A DNA stretch of 64,000 bases from an uncultured Acidobacteriota bacterium (GTDB lineage Bacteria > Acidobacteriota > Vicinamibacteria > Vicinamibacterales > 2-12-FULL-66-21). Positions within the stretch are counted from its first letter, which is position 1; each line of letters begins with the position of its first letter. Below the pieces are notes generated by a model that did not search any database, was not told the origin of the DNA, and worked only from the letters and a program-made list of their open reading frames with translations. The stretch covers positions 253,757 through 317,756 of the forward strand of contig CAWIKP010000025.1 in the NCBI GenBank assembly GCA_963836735.1. The letters run 5' to 3'. The position numbers and the translations under genes were made by a program. Of this stretch, positions 21,160 to 32,879 are shown piece after piece.

Positions 21160-21189
21160 CATGCCCAACGATAACGCGGAAGCGCGGGA

Positions 21190-21590
21190 AGTGTCGAATG
21201 CGCAGACTGCCTACGCGGCGTCCTGGGAAAAGATCGTGGTGATGAGGTCGTCGTCCGAGAACTGCGGGAACCGAGCTCGGCGTGAACGTCTCGAGATCGA
21301 GCTCGTCCTTCCGGGCGTTGATCTTCAAGGTCGCCGGTTCCTGAACGATCGCTCCGGCTTCGACCGGCAGCAGGAACCGCTTGTGGCTCGAACAGCCCGC
21401 TGGACTCGATGACGAAGTACTCGCAGCGTCGCGTGACCGGACTGATCAGCACGCCGCCGATGTTGCCAAGCGACTCCGAGTCCTCGGTGCAGACCCGGAA
21501 GTCCGACAGGTAGCCGGCGGGGCAGCGACGCTGCTCGCGTCGAGATACCGCAGGTCGGCTATTTCACCGGTCAGTTTCTCAGCCACCGTC
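21190..21590 (-). CDS. PRC-barrel-like domain protein, apparently frameshifted at least twice
   Basis: Manual reverse translation gives ...AEKLTGEIADLRYLDASSVAAPPGYLSDFRVCTEDSESLGNIGGVLISPVTRRCEYFVIESSGLFEPQ...LPVEAGAIVQEPATLKINARKDELDLETF..., spread over three frames. GGAGG lies upstream of a GTG. Confidence 0.3.
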
Positions 21591-21706
21591 GCCTCCTGGC
21601 CCGCCTCGTTAGCAATCGGGGTGCCAGCCGCGGCGCGGCAGGAATGGACGGTTTTTCACGACACTTCCCGGCATTGCCGGCCGGAAATACACAATTGCGG
21701 CTGGGA

Positions 21707-22208
21707 TTACACCGGCGAGGGCGGCGCCGGCGGCTGCAGGGGTAGCGGTGGATTGGCCACCCAGCCAATTTGTTGATACATGCTGAGCATGTCGAAGCAA
21801 TTCCAGCCTTCGACAATCTTTCCGTCTTCGACACGGATGATGGTGATGCCCCAGAAGTCAACTGGTTGGCCGGTCGGGTCGCCGCCGAACGCCGCGCCGG
21901 AGTGCCGGCCGGTCACGTGGCAATGCGCGGCGACCACGTCGCCTTCGGTGACGGTTCGCACCACTTCGATCGAGAGATCGCCGAGGGCCTCACGAAACAT
22001 GCGGAACAACGGCTTGAAAGCGGTCGGCCCCTGGATCGGGCCGCCTGGCAATCCGTACGCAACGCCGTAGGGCGCCATCAGAGCTGTCGATGGACTCTTC
22101 GCGCCCTTCGTCCCACACCTCCTTGAACCAGCGGCGAACGACGTATCGGGAGAATCCGCCATGAAACACCTCGCAGGGTTGCGGGAAGTATTTCGTCACA
22201 CCGGTCAC
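21707..22208 (-). CDS. SnoaL-like / NTF2-fold predicted ester cyclase, with a frameshift near 22080
   Basis: N-terminus in ORF 21990-22208 (…VVRRWFKEVWDEGRE…). C-terminus in ORF 21707-22162 (…HCHVTGRHSGAAFG…VDFWGITIIRVEDGKIVEGW…). Confidence 0.5.
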
Positions 22209-22211
22209 GGG

Positions 22212-23867
22212 TCAATAACGTTCAACCGGCGCGCGTGCAAGAAATGCGTGGCGGGGTCCGCGCGAGAACGGGTAGTTTGAACCCGCCTCCCGCATGCGCG
22301 TGAGGCTGGAAACGACGTCTACTTCGTCGACGATCTCGCCGAAGCCTTTCACCTGCTCTTCAATCACTTTCCGATCGCCGACGATCACGATGGGCGCACG
22401 CTCGTCCTGAAGGTGCTTCTTCGCCATCTCCGAGACCTGCTGCGGCGTGACCGCATACACCTGCTTCACGTAGGTGCTGGCATAGGTCGGCGGCAGGCCG
22501 TGCAGATCCATGTAGTCCAGCTGATTGGTGATGCCGCCGCGGCTGGAGTTCTGAAGCACGTAGGTCCCCGCCAGGTAGTTCTGGATGCCCGTCAGTTCCT
22601 CGGCCTTCGGCGGTTCGGCCTGCAGCCGATCGATCTCGGCGAGGATCTCCTTGATCGACGGGCCCGTCACGGTCGTCGTGACGTCCGCGTTCTCGGCCCA
22701 GTAGCCGTCGCGGTAGCGCACCGAGAGCTCGCTGTACGGCGAGTAGGTGTAGCCCTTGTCCTCGCGGATGTTCTTCGTGATGCGCGAGGCGAACGCGCCG
22801 CCGAGCAGCGCGTCCATCACCGTCATCGGGATGAAGTCGGGGCTCGACGGGTCGACGGTCGGGACCCCGATGATCACCGTGGACTGCGGCGCGCCCGGCC
22901 GATCGATGATGTGGACGACGCGCGTGGACGAGCGGCTTGGCGGCCGCCGGCGCCGGCGCGCTGCCCTTCTCCCAGCCGGCGAAGGCTTTTCGAATCGACG
23001 CCTCGACGGCGGCCTCGTCGAACCGTCCGACGACGTAGAGCCGCGACCGGCCGGCGCCGTAGGTCTGCTGGTAGAAGCGGCGGGTCTGATCCAGCGTGTA
23101 ACCCTTGACCATCGCGTCGGTCGGGAAGACACGGCCGTAGGGATGGTCGCCGTACATGACCGCGCGGAATTTCTGCAGGGCGAGCTGACTGCGGCTGGCT
23201 CAGGCTGACGGCGAGGTTGCGCAGCATGTTCGCCTTGAGGCGCGCCAGCTCCGACTCCGGGAATTTCGGGTTCCGAACGACATCGGCCACCAGCTCGACC
23301 ATCTGCTGGCCGTACTCGCTGAGCACGTCGCCGCCGATCGTCGTCGTGTCGCCGCCGACGTTGACCGACAGCGAGCCGCCCATCCGCGCCGCCTCTTCGG
23401 AGATCTGCGCGGCGCTCCGCGTCGTCGTGCCCTCGCGGATCAGGTCGCCGGTCAGATCGGCCAGCCAGACCTCGTCAGCCTTCTCGAAGGCGTTGCCCGT
23501 CCGCATGGTCAAGCGTGACGCGCGCCTTCGGCATCGTCGCCCCACTGCACGAGCGCGACCTGGAGGCCGTTGTCGAGCGTGAAGCGCTTCGGTTCCGGAA
23601 CCTTGAAGTCGCGCGGCGTGCCGGGCTTCGGCGGCTCCGCCGGGAACGTGCGCCGGCGGCGGGCGCCGGCTTCGGCGGCGCCGGTTTCTGGGCAGCGGGC
23701 TTCTGCGCCGCCGGCTTTTCTGCGGCCGGCTTCTGCGCCGCCGGCTTCGTCGTCGACGGGTTCTCGAGAGCCGGTTTCGCGGGCGGCGGCGCCTGTGCCC
23801 GAAGGATGGGAGCTGCCGCCAGGAGCGCGGCGCCGCAAATCACGGAAGCGAAGCGCGTGCGCGTCAT
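22212..23867 (-). CDS. M16-family peptidase paralogue, second of a pair; carries several frameshifts
   Basis: Signal peptide MTRTRFASVICGAALLAAAPILRAQA, then a KPAAQKPAAEKPAAQKPAAQKP linker. M16 C-terminal-domain fragments are spread across ORFs 22874-23545, 22360-23157 and 22212-23132. Confidence 0.55.
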
Positions 23868-23868
23868 G

Positions 23869-25286
23869 TCAGTTCCCCTTCCCTTTCGGCGTGATGGTCA
23901 GGATCGTCCGGTTGGTCGGCCGAAGGTATTCCCGGGCCGCCTTCTGAATCATCGCCGGCGTGACCTTCCGGAACTCGTCCTCGAGCCGGTTGATCTTCCC
24001 CGGGTCGTCGTCGAACAGCGCGAACGCGGCGAGCAGGTTGGCGCGGCCGAAGCCGACGAACTGCTCGTAGGCGGCGTAGAGGCCCGACCGCCGCTTCACG
24101 AGCGCGAGCTCGAGCTCCGCTTTGGTGACCGGCGTCGTCTGGAGCCGCGTGATTTCCTCGTCGATCGCCTGGATGATGTCGTCGGCCTTCTTGTCGGCGT
24201 CGTGAATCAGCCAGACCGATCCAGAGCGTCGGCCCCTTGATGTCGAACATGTTGCCGAGCAGCGGATTGGTGCCGCCCGACACCGAGCCGGTCAGCCCGC
24301 GCTTCTGCACCAGCGACTGATACAGCCGGCTGTCGGCGCCCTGCACGAGCAGCTGATCGATCAGCCCCATCGCGTAGTACTCGGGCGTGTCGCGCGGCGG
24401 GAAGTGATAGCCGAGCGCGAGCGCCGGACGGTTGGCGAGCGGATCCTCCCGGTTCGCGCGCTTCTCCTTCTCCTGCCGCGGCTCGGAGATGTCGGGCTGC
24501 GGCGGCAGCTTGGACGACGGGATGCCGCTGAAGTACTTGCGGATCCACTCGAGCGTCTGCTTCGTGTCGATGTCGCCGCTCACGACGAGCACGGCATTGT
24601 TCGGCGCGTAGTAGGTCTTGAAGAACTGCTGGACGTCGGCGAGCGTCGCCGCGTCGAGGTGCTCGAGGTCGCCGTAGAAGTTGTGCGCGTTGTACCAGTT
24701 GGTGTTGGCGTGCTGCGGCAGATCCAGCCACGGGAACCCGCCGTACGGCTGGTTCAGCACGTTGACCTTGACCTCGTTCTTCACGACGCCCTGCTGGTTG
24801 GTGAGGTTGTCCTGGGTGATCTTCAGGCCCCACATCCGATCGGCTTCGGCCCAGAGGATGGTCTCGAGCGTGTGGACCGGGACGATCTGGAAGTAGTTGG
24901 TGAAGTCGAACCGGGTCGATCCGTTCAGCACGCCGCCGTTCGATTCGACCAGCGAGATGAACTCGTTCTTGCCGAGATGCTCGGAGCCCTGGAACATCAT
25001 GTGCTCGAACAGGTGCGCGAAGCCGGTGCGATCCTTCGGCTCGATCCGGAACCCGATCGCGTAGTAGATGCCGACCACGGCGGTCGGCGACGAGGTGTCG
25101 CGGGACAGCACGACCTTCAGGCCGTTCTCGAGCTTGTGGTACTCGATCGGCACCGTGACCTTGGACGGGATCGACGCGGTTCGAGCGGGCGCCTGGCGGC
25201 GCCGGGACGTGCTGGCCGTCGGCAGCCACGGACTGGGTCAGCGCCAGCGTGGCGGCGGCTGCGGCGAGAGCAATGAGCACGTACAA
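23869..25286 (-). CDS. M16-family zinc peptidase (insulinase/pitrilysin-like) with inverted HxxEH motif; at least 2 frameshifts
   Basis: HLFEHMMFQG (HxxEH) in ORF 23864-25153. Signal peptide in ORF 24207-25286. C-terminal piece in ORF 23869-24099. Confidence 0.7.
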
Positions 25287-25340
25287 ACATGAAGGGCTCC
25301 TCAGCGAGCGATCGTAGCATCCGAATTCCCACAGTGACCT

Positions 25341-26086
25341 TCACCCGGACGTCGATGGCGGCAGCGGAATCGCTGCCGGATCCTCTAGCTCCAGCGATCG
25401 GAGTCGGCGTGAGCGCGACATCGCGGTCTGCCGCCCCCTCGCAAACAGCGGCGCGAGAATCAGGCCGGCGGCGAAACCGCCGATGTGCGCCATGTACGCG
25501 ACTCCCCCGCCGACGTTGTTGTCCGACGAGCGGCTCCGCTGATGACCTGCGTGACGATCCACAGGCCGAGCATGAAGATCGCCGGCACCGCCATCACGCC
25601 GCCCCAGGTCATGACGTAGACCCGGTTCTTGGGGAACATCAGCAGGTACCCGCCGAGCACGCCGCTGATCGCGCCCGACGCGCCGACCGCGGGAATGCTC
25701 GACCCGCTGTTGAACAGGATGTGGGCCAGGCTCGCCGCGAACCCGCACGCGAAGTAGAACAGCACGAACCGCAGGTGCCCGAGGCGATGCTCGATGTTGT
25801 CGCCGAAAATCCAGAGGAACAGCATGTTGCCGCCGAGGTGCCCCCACCCGCCGTGCAGGAACATAGAGGTAATGAGCGTCGACCAGTACGGAAATGGGAT
25901 GAGCGGCGGCAGATCGGTGCCGACGGCGAACTCGCGCGGGACGACGCCCCAGGCAAAGATGAAGGCCTGCACCGCCTGTTCGGGGCGGTTGATTTCGTTG
26001 AGGAACGCCAGCACGTTGGCCGCGATCAGGCCAATCGTGACGAAGGCGATTCCCGCATGATCGTTTTCGTCGCCAATCGGAAACAT
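25341..26086 (-). CDS. Rhomboid-family intramembrane serine protease, with a frameshift near 25520
   Basis: GASGAISGV (GxSG), FLHGGWGHLGGNMLFLWIFG, and a downstream AHIGGFAAG catalytic-His motif in the second frame. Confidence 0.75.
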
Positions 26087-26123
26087 GCGAACTCCTGATC
26101 CCCGGTCCTCCGACGGTCTAGCC

Positions 26124-27120
26124 TTATCGCCGCGGCGGAAGGAACCGCTTCGGAAATTTCGCTACCACCGTGTAGTTCGGATCGACCACGTTGGCGACCC
26201 GCACCACGCCGGCCTGGGACGCCACCTGGTACGCATCCATCTTCTCGAAGCCGTAGTCGGACACGAGCCAGTCGATCAGCTCGACGTACGCGATCCTGAG
26301 CGCGTCGATCAGCGGCCGCACGCTGCCGGCCACCATGATGTACTCATCGTTCTCGATCCGCGGCCACCTGATCGACTTGCCCTTGATCGAGCTCGAACTG
26401 GAAGGTCACGTCCGCGGTGGACTCGAGGCCGGATCCCGCGATCTCGCCGTCGCCCTGAAGCGCGTGGAAGTCGCCGAAGTAGAACAGCGCGCCGGGGTGA
26501 AAGACGGGGAGGTAGACGGTCGCGCCCTGGCCGACGTCCGACGCATCCATGTTGCCGCCGAAGTCGCCGGGCCACAGCCCGGGCCACGCCGCCTCGCCGG
26601 CCGGAGCGACCGCAACCCGGCCGAGCATCGGACGCAGCGGCAATTCGATGCGCTTGCTGGCCGAGCCTGGCATGTCGAGCACGCCCACCATTCGCGCGCG
26701 ATCGATCTGCCAGATGAACCGGCGGCCTGGTAATGGTTCGTTCAGCATCCGCGTGCGGCTGTCGCCCGCGACGCCGCTGATCCCGTTCGGCGTGACGTTC
26801 GACACCGCGATCTCGCGGTTCGGCGTCAGCTTCACGATCCGCACGACGAGCGTGTCGCCCGGCGCCGCGCCTTCGATGAGGAAGGGACCCGACCTCGCCC
26901 GGCCACGGTCCGGCAACTTTCGGGTCGTAGTAGTCGCCGCGGCTTCGAGAACGTCTCGGTCTCGACGGTGTCGCCTGGCTTGATGGTCAGCACGGGCGGA
27001 CCGGACGGTGAAGGTCGCGACGCCGGCAGTCGGTTTGAACTTGAGCGTTTCGGCCGAGGCAGCGGTGGAGATCGCGAGAAGAGCCGTCAACACAGCGGCG
27101 TGTCGCATGACGCCGATCAT
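26124..27120 (-). CDS. Acetamidase/formamidase (FmdA_AmdA) family protein, frameshifted
   Basis: Signal peptide. Family-typical stretches (GPFLIEGAAPGDTLVVRIVKLTPNR, YFGDFHALQGDGE) in ORF 26344-27120. C-terminus in ORF 26124-26336. Confidence 0.55.
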
Positions 27121-27209
27121 GTCATGGGTAGCTGTCAGCTATCAGCAGTCAGCGCCCAGGGCTCAGCTGGTTGCGCGAACCCAAACCCTGATAGCTGAAA
27201 GCTGATGGC

Positions 27210-28562
27210 TCAAATCGCGTCCGACGCGCTCGAGAACGTGAACTCACGAATCCGTGCCGCGGGGCACACGAGGCCGAACGTGAATCCGTCGGAGCCACCG
27301 AACCCTTCGCCGGTCACCGTTCGCTCGGGAGGCGTCATCGCGTCGACGTTGTTCAACGCCACGATCGGACTCTCGTTCCATCGCATGTTCTTCACCGGCC
27401 TGGTGACCTTGCCCTTCTCGATCAGGAACAACCCGTCCCGGGTCAGGCCGGTGTAGACCAAGGTCTGCGGATCGAGCGGCCGGATGTACCAGAAGCGGGT
27501 GACCAGCACGCCTCGCTCGGTGCCGGCAATCAAATCCGCCATGGTCGCGTTGCCGCCCTCCATGATCAGATTCGCCGGCCCGCCGGTCGGCTCACGATTC
27601 TGCTTCTGCGCCCAGAACCGCGAGTAGATCAGATCCTTCCAGACGCCGTTCTGCACCCAGCTGGTGCGCTTGATCGGCAGGCCGCCGCTATCGAACATGA
27701 CGGTGGGCGCCAGAGGGTGCGAGGGATCGGAATAGATGTTCACCTTCTCGCCCAATACCTGCTCGCCGATGCGATTACCGCCGCCTTTCTTCGAGAAGAA
27801 GCTCCTCCCCTCGTCGGCCTGCCTGGCGTCGGCGCTGAAAATCAGGAACGCGAGCAGATCGCCGAGCGCCGCGGGTTCGAGCACGACCGTGTACTTGCCC
27901 GGTTCAATCGCCGTGGCGTCCTTCGAGAGCACCGCTTTGTCGCTCGCCGCCGCCGCGAGCTTGGACGGCTCGAGCAGCCGCAGTTCGTTGAAGGACTTCG
28001 ACGCCCAGCCCGAGCCGGTTCCGTCGGCCGTTCGCGCGGTCAGGTTGTAGTCGGCGGCCGTCTGCCGGTCGTAGGCAAACAGGCCCTTCGACGTCCCGGC
28101 CGCCTGGACCGAGGCCGAGGTCTCGACGAACCCGGCCGAGACGACCCCCTTCTGCTTGCTCAACTCGATCGCCGTGGCCACCGCCGATGCACGCCAGTCC
28201 GGCGTCGCATTGGCCACATCGTCGAAATAGGCGTTGCTCGCGGCGTAGGTCTGCGGGCCGAGCACCGGCATCGCCTCGGGATTGTCCGGCGACAATCGCG
28301 CGATTTCCTCCGCATTGGCGATCGCCTGCCGCAGGCTGGCATCGTCGAATTCGGCGGTGGTCACGGTACCCGACTTCTTGCCGAAGCTCGCGGCAATCGC
28401 GAGGCTGTAGCCCGACGATGCCCCGGACGTCGTCGCGGTGTTTCGGGCAAAGCGCAAATTTCCACGGTCGATGCCGTTGAGCGCGACGAACATTTCCTCG
28501 GCCTTGCTCAACGAAAGCGCTCGGTCGATCAGGGTCTTGGCCTGTTCTCTGGTCCAGATCAT
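27210..28562 (-). CDS. pmbA: PmbA/TldD-family metallopeptidase modulator (PmbA-like)
   Basis: Intact, approximately 450 aa, with TldD/PmbA-family conservation. ATG at 28562 by counting the ORF-track residues. Confidence 0.75.
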   Translation of the reverse strand: MIWTREQAKTLIDRALSLSKAEEMFVALNGIDRGNLRFARNTATTSGASSGYSLAIAASFGKKSGTVTTAEFDDASLRQAIANAEEIARLSPDNPEAMPVLGPQTYAASNAYFDDVANATPDWRASAVATAIELSKQKGVVSAGFVETSASVQAAGTSKGLFAYDRQTAADYNLTARTADGTGSGWASKSFNELRLLEPSKLAAAASDKAVLSKDATAIEPGKYTVVLEPAALGDLLAFLIFSADARQADEGRSFFSKKGGGNRIGEQVLGEKVNIYSDPSHPLAPTVMFDSGGLPIKRTSWVQNGVWKDLIYSRFWAQKQNREPTGGPANLIMEGGNATMADLIAGTERGVLVTRFWYIRPLDPQTLVYTGLTRDGLFLIEKGKVTRPVKNMRWNESPIVALNNVDAMTPPERTVTGEGFGGSDGFTFGLVCPAARIREFTFSSASDAI

Positions 28563-28576
28563 TGTCGCCTCCGCGC

Positions 28577-30131
28577 TCAACGTCCGGTGTTCAGCACGTT
28601 CACCCGTGCGAACCTGGCGATCGGGCACCCGTGGCTCACGGCGTTGCTCTGCCCCGGCTGGCCCTTGCCGTCATTGAACGCGCCGCCGAGCTCGTAGGTC
28701 CCTTTGCCGCCCAGCATGTCGCAGGACTTCCAGAATTCCGGCGTGTTCGACTGATAGGCGACGTCGCGCAGCTGTGTCGTGATCCGACCCTTCTTCACTT
28801 CCCAGAAGGTCTGACCGCTGAACTGGAAGTTGTAGCGCTGGTGATCGATGCTGTAACTCGAATCTCCCTTGATGTAGATGCCGTCGTCGGTGGCGCCGAT
28901 GATGTCCTTCTCGGTGAGATCCTTGGGTCCGGGCTCGAGCGACACGTTCGGCATGCGCTGAAACGGGATCGAGGACCAGCTGTCGGCATAGCTGCAGCCG
29001 TGCGAGGCCTTCTGCCCGATCAGATGCGCCTGTTCGCGGGTCGTCTGGTAGTCGACGAAGACGCCGTCCCTGATGATGTGCCAGCGCGACGTCTTCACCC
29101 CGTCGTCGTCGTAGCCGCAGGTCGCGAGGGCCTGCTCCTGGGTCTTGTCGCCGACGATGTTGACGTGCGTCGCGCCGAACTCGAACTTGCCCAGCTTGTC
29201 GGTCGTGAGAAAGCTGGTGCCGGCGTAGTTCGCTTCGTAACCGAGCGCGCGATCGAGTTCCGTCGGGTGGCCCACCGACTCGTGAATGGTGAGCCAGAGA
29301 TTCGACGGATGGAGGATCAACGCCTTCTGACCCGCGGTCACCGGCTTGGCCTTGTGCATGGCGACCGCCTCTTCGGCCGCGAGCCGCGCTTCGGCGAGCA
29401 GCGGATACTGCTCGACGTATTCGTAGCCCATGCCCATCGGCGTCGTGAGCGCCCGGCGGGCGTAGAACTTACCGCTCGTGCGATCGACGGCGGTCACGGT
29501 GAAACTCGGGTACGACCGGATCAGCGACTGCTCGATGTGCGATCCATCGGACGAGGCGAAGTACTTCTGCTCGTGGACGAATTGCATGAACGCGTTGACG
29601 AAGCTGGCCCCCGGCACCTTCAACGCCTCCTCGTTGATCTGCAGCAGCAGATCCAGCTTGGGCTGAATCGGCATCTCGAACGGGTTCTTCTTGACCGGGG
29701 TGTTCCAGACAGTGTTCGTAAAGGCTTCGACGGGCGCCAGTACCGACCGGCTCCACGTTGACCTTCCGGTTCGCGCGTGCGATCGCCACCGCCTGGGCCG
29801 CAACCCGCGCAATCTCGTCCCTGGTCACGACGTTGCTGCTCGCGAATCCCCACGTGCCGTCGACGATCACTCTCAAGCCGAAGCCGTAGTCGGAGGTGTT
29901 GACGAGGTTCTGAACGCGCCGATCGCGCGTAAGGATGAACTGGTTGCGGTAGCGGTTGATGCGGATGTCGGTGTAACTCGCGCCGGCCTGTTTCGCGGCG
30001 GCCAGGCCGGCATCCGCCAGATTCTTCAACTCGTCGGCTGGCGGGTATGCGAAGAGCACCTCAACCGGCCGCGCCCCGGCCGCGGCGCCGAGCACGAGCA
30101 TCGACTGAACGAAACCTCTGCGATCGATCAT
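28577..30131 (-). CDS. tldD: TldD-family metallopeptidase with one frameshift near 29760
   Basis: HESVGHPTE motif in ORF 28577-29812. TAT-like N-terminus MIDRRGFVQSMLVLGAAAGA in ORF 29469-30395. Confidence 0.8.
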
Positions 30132-30226
30132 GGGCGCCTCGTGGATCCGGCACGGGACCTCCGTGGCGGCGCTCCTCGCGGGGAACCGGGATGGCGGCCA
30201 GCCGTGCGGGAAGGCACAAGCGTATC

Positions 30227-32689
30227 TCAGGTTTCCCTGAGGGCCCGAGCAGGATTCACGAGGGCTGCACGGATCGCGGGAATGCCGCTCGCCAGGGTGG
30301 CGACCGCCGCGAGGCTGAGGGCTGCGAGAACGATCGTGGTCGCGTCCCGCGGCTGTATCCCGAACAGAAGCGTGGCCATGAAGCTCGAGGTCCACGCACT
30401 GAGAACAGCTCCGGCGACGATTCCGGCGGCGGTGAACAGCAGAGCCCGAGTCAAGACGAGGCCGACAACCCGCAGTGGAGTTGCACCGAGTGCCATCCTT
30501 ATCCCGATTTCGGTCCGACGCCGGGCAGCGGAGTACGCCGTGACGCCGTAGAGGCCAAGGGCTGCCAGCAGCAGCGCAAGGCCGGCAAAGAATCCTGACA
30601 GGGCGGCCAGCAGCCGCTCCTGCGTCAGGGCGGCGGCGACGTCCTGCTCGAGCGGCCGATACGAGAACGACAGCCGGCCGTTCACCTTCGTCAGCGCATT
30701 GGCGATCGTCGCCGCCAATAGCGCCGGCCTGACCGTTGCCGGCCGCACGCTGATCGCAATCACGGTGCGGCCTGGCGGCACCATATCGGACGATTGCGCG
30801 AGCGGCAGATAGATTGACGGACGTGGACCGGAGCGCACGGCACCGAACACCGCGTCGCCAACGACGCCGAGGACGGCACAGGGTCCGCGTGGAGGCCGGC
30901 AGGGCCCGGAGTCGAGCGTCGCGCCCAACGGATTCCGGCCCGGCAAGAATCTCGCGGCGTACGACTCGCTGACGATCGCCACACGGGAGCTGCCCGACGA
31001 GTCTCTGGTGTCGAAGTCCCGCCCCGCGGCGATCGTCATCCCGTAGGTGGCAAAGAATCCGGGCGAGACGAGGTGCTCATGAACGCGATTCAGGTCGGCG
31101 AACACCGGGGACTTCGTGGCCTGATTGAATGGGGTGATCGTCGACGCCGCGGCTGCCGCAACGCCGGGCAGAGACGCGATCGTGTCGACGAGCTGCTGGT
31201 AATAGCCGAAGCGGGACGCCGGATCGGCGTGGGCCCGCGCGGTATCAACATCCACCACCAGGACTCGTCCGGCCTCGAACCCGAGCGGCAACGCGGCGAG
31301 CCGGCGGAACGTGGAGAGGAACAACCCCGCGGCGGTCAGCAGCACGAGTGACAGCGCCACCTGCACGACCACGAGGCTCCCCGATCGCCCGCGCCGGCTT
31401 CCACCTCGCCCGCCTTGTCTCAGCGCCTCGATCGGCGCTGCGCCGGAAGCGCGAAGCGCGGGCCCGATGCCGAAGAGGAGCGCGGTCAGAATCGCCAGCG
31501 ACGCCGTCACGGTGAGCACGCGCCAGTCGAGCGGCAGATTCAGGGAAACGCGCGTGTCGGGCGTCGACAGGCCCGACACCACGATGCGGCTCGCCCATGC
31601 GGCGAACGCGAGCCCCACGGCTGCACCCATGCCGGCCAGCAGGAGACTCTCCATGAGCAGTTGCCGCGCGAGGCGCCACCGCGACGCGCCGAGCGCGAGC
31701 CGCACGCTCATCTCATGAGCGCGATCGGCGCCGCGGATGAGCAGCAGGTTGGCGATGTTCACGCAGGCCACGAGCAGGACGAGCACGACTACGCCGGCCA
31801 CCGTGAGCAGCGGCCGGGTGTACTGGCGCCGCAGGCCCGATCGATCAGAGGTTCCCGCCGCCGCGGGCACGAGGACGTACGGGTCCTTCAAGAAAGCCGG
31901 CAGGTTGCGCGGAGCCGGCTGGCCTGACAGGCCGAGGATATCGGGCTGCATCGCGCGGAGCGCCGCGGTTGCGGAGTCGATCGACTGGCCTGGTTTGAGC
32001 CGGAACATGGCCGTCAACAGCAACGCCGCCGGATGATGAAGCGACGCGCGCGGCCCGCGAACCTCCGGCTCGGCGGCAAGCGGCAGGACGACGTCGAACG
32101 GCTGGCCGACCTCGACGCCGAAGAACTCGGGCGCCATCACGCCGACGATCGTGCAGGACACGCCGTCGACCGGCACCGCCTTCCCAATCACGTCGGCGGC
32201 ACCGGCGAATCGCCGCTGCCAGACCCGATAGCTGATGACCGTGACCAGACCGTCCGGGCCGCCGCCTTTCACGTCGTCGACAGTAGTGAACGTGCGACCG
32301 AGCAGCGCGGACACCCCGAGCGTGCGGAAGAAGCCGCCGCTGGCGAAAAGGGCATCAGCCGGCTGCGTCTCGCCGCCCTGCGACAGATCGACACGGGCCG
32401 GGGCCCAGGCGAACCCCCCGTCGAACAGCGCGGCCCGCTCGTTCATGCGAGTCCACATCTCGTAGTTCATGCCGGCGCCGGCCTTGAAGCCATGATTGAG
32501 GGCAAAGCCGGATGAAACGGTGACGAGGCGTTCGGGCGAGGGGACGGGGAGGGGACGCAGCAGCAGCGCATCCACCACGCTGAAGATCGCCGTGTTGGCG
32601 CCCATCCCGAGGGCGAGCGACAACACGGCCGCAGTCGAGAGGATCGGAGAGGCGCGCAACCCGCGGAATGCCAGTCGAACCTCGTGCAT
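30227..32689 (-). CDS. FtsX/MacB-like permease with duplicated FtsX domains (acidobacterial 'orphan' permease type)
   Basis: Approximately 820 aa with two 4-TM FtsX-like modules and large periplasmic loops. ATG at 32689 is preceded by GGGAGG. It lies in the same stop-free frame as the upstream SPFH gene, probably an artefact. Confidence 0.75.
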   Translation of the reverse strand: MHEVRLAFRGLRASPILSTAAVLSLALGMGANTAIFSVVDALLLRPLPVPSPERLVTVSSGFALNHGFKAGAGMNYEMWTRMNERAALFDGGFAWAPARVDLSQGGETQPADALFASGGFFRTLGVSALLGRTFTTVDDVKGGGPDGLVTVISYRVWQRRFAGAADVIGKAVPVDGVSCTIVGVMAPEFFGVEVGQPFDVVLPLAAEPEVRGPRASLHHPAALLLTAMFRLKPGQSIDSATAALRAMQPDILGLSGQPAPRNLPAFLKDPYVLVPAAAGTSDRSGLRRQYTRPLLTVAGVVVLVLLVACVNIANLLLIRGADRAHEMSVRLALGASRWRLARQLLMESLLLAGMGAAVGLAFAAWASRIVVSGLSTPDTRVSLNLPLDWRVLTVTASLAILTALLFGIGPALRASGAAPIEALRQGGRGGSRRGRSGSLVVVQVALSLVLLTAAGLFLSTFRRLAALPLGFEAGRVLVVDVDTARAHADPASRFGYYQQLVDTIASLPGVAAAAASTITPFNQATKSPVFADLNRVHEHLVSPGFFATYGMTIAAGRDFDTRDSSGSSRVAIVSESYAARFLPGRNPLGATLDSGPCRPPRGPCAVLGVVGDAVFGAVRSGPRPSIYLPLAQSSDMVPPGRTVIAISVRPATVRPALLAATIANALTKVNGRLSFSYRPLEQDVAAALTQERLLAALSGFFAGLALLLAALGLYGVTAYSAARRRTEIGIRMALGATPLRVVGLVLTRALLFTAAGIVAGAVLSAWTSSFMATLLFGIQPRDATTIVLAALSLAAVATLASGIPAIRAALVNPARALRET

Positions 32690-32703
32690 CGCGCCTCCCG
32701 ATC

Positions 32704-32835
32704 TCAGCGGACGGGCACTAAGCCCAGCGTCTCGAGGCGTACCCGATACCAGCCGATGAGGGCGAGCGCCGCGCCTACGACGGCGATGATCAACATGAGC
32801 CTGAGGTTCAGCCGGTCGGGTTTCGTCGAGTCCAT
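32704..32835 (-). CDS. Unannotated 43-aa single-TM micro-protein between the SPFH and permease genes
   Basis: Manual translation: MDSTKPDRLNLRLMLIIAVVGAALALIGWYRVRLETLGLVPVR. GAGGAG lies 5 nt upstream of the ATG. The stop is 15 nt before the permease ATG. Confidence 0.35.
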   Translation of the reverse strand: MDSTKPDRLNLRLMLIIAVVGAALALIGWYRVRLETLGLVPVR

Positions 32836-32879
32836 CCGATCTCCTCATTCGGCTTTTGAAGGATTGTCCTCTCCGCCAG

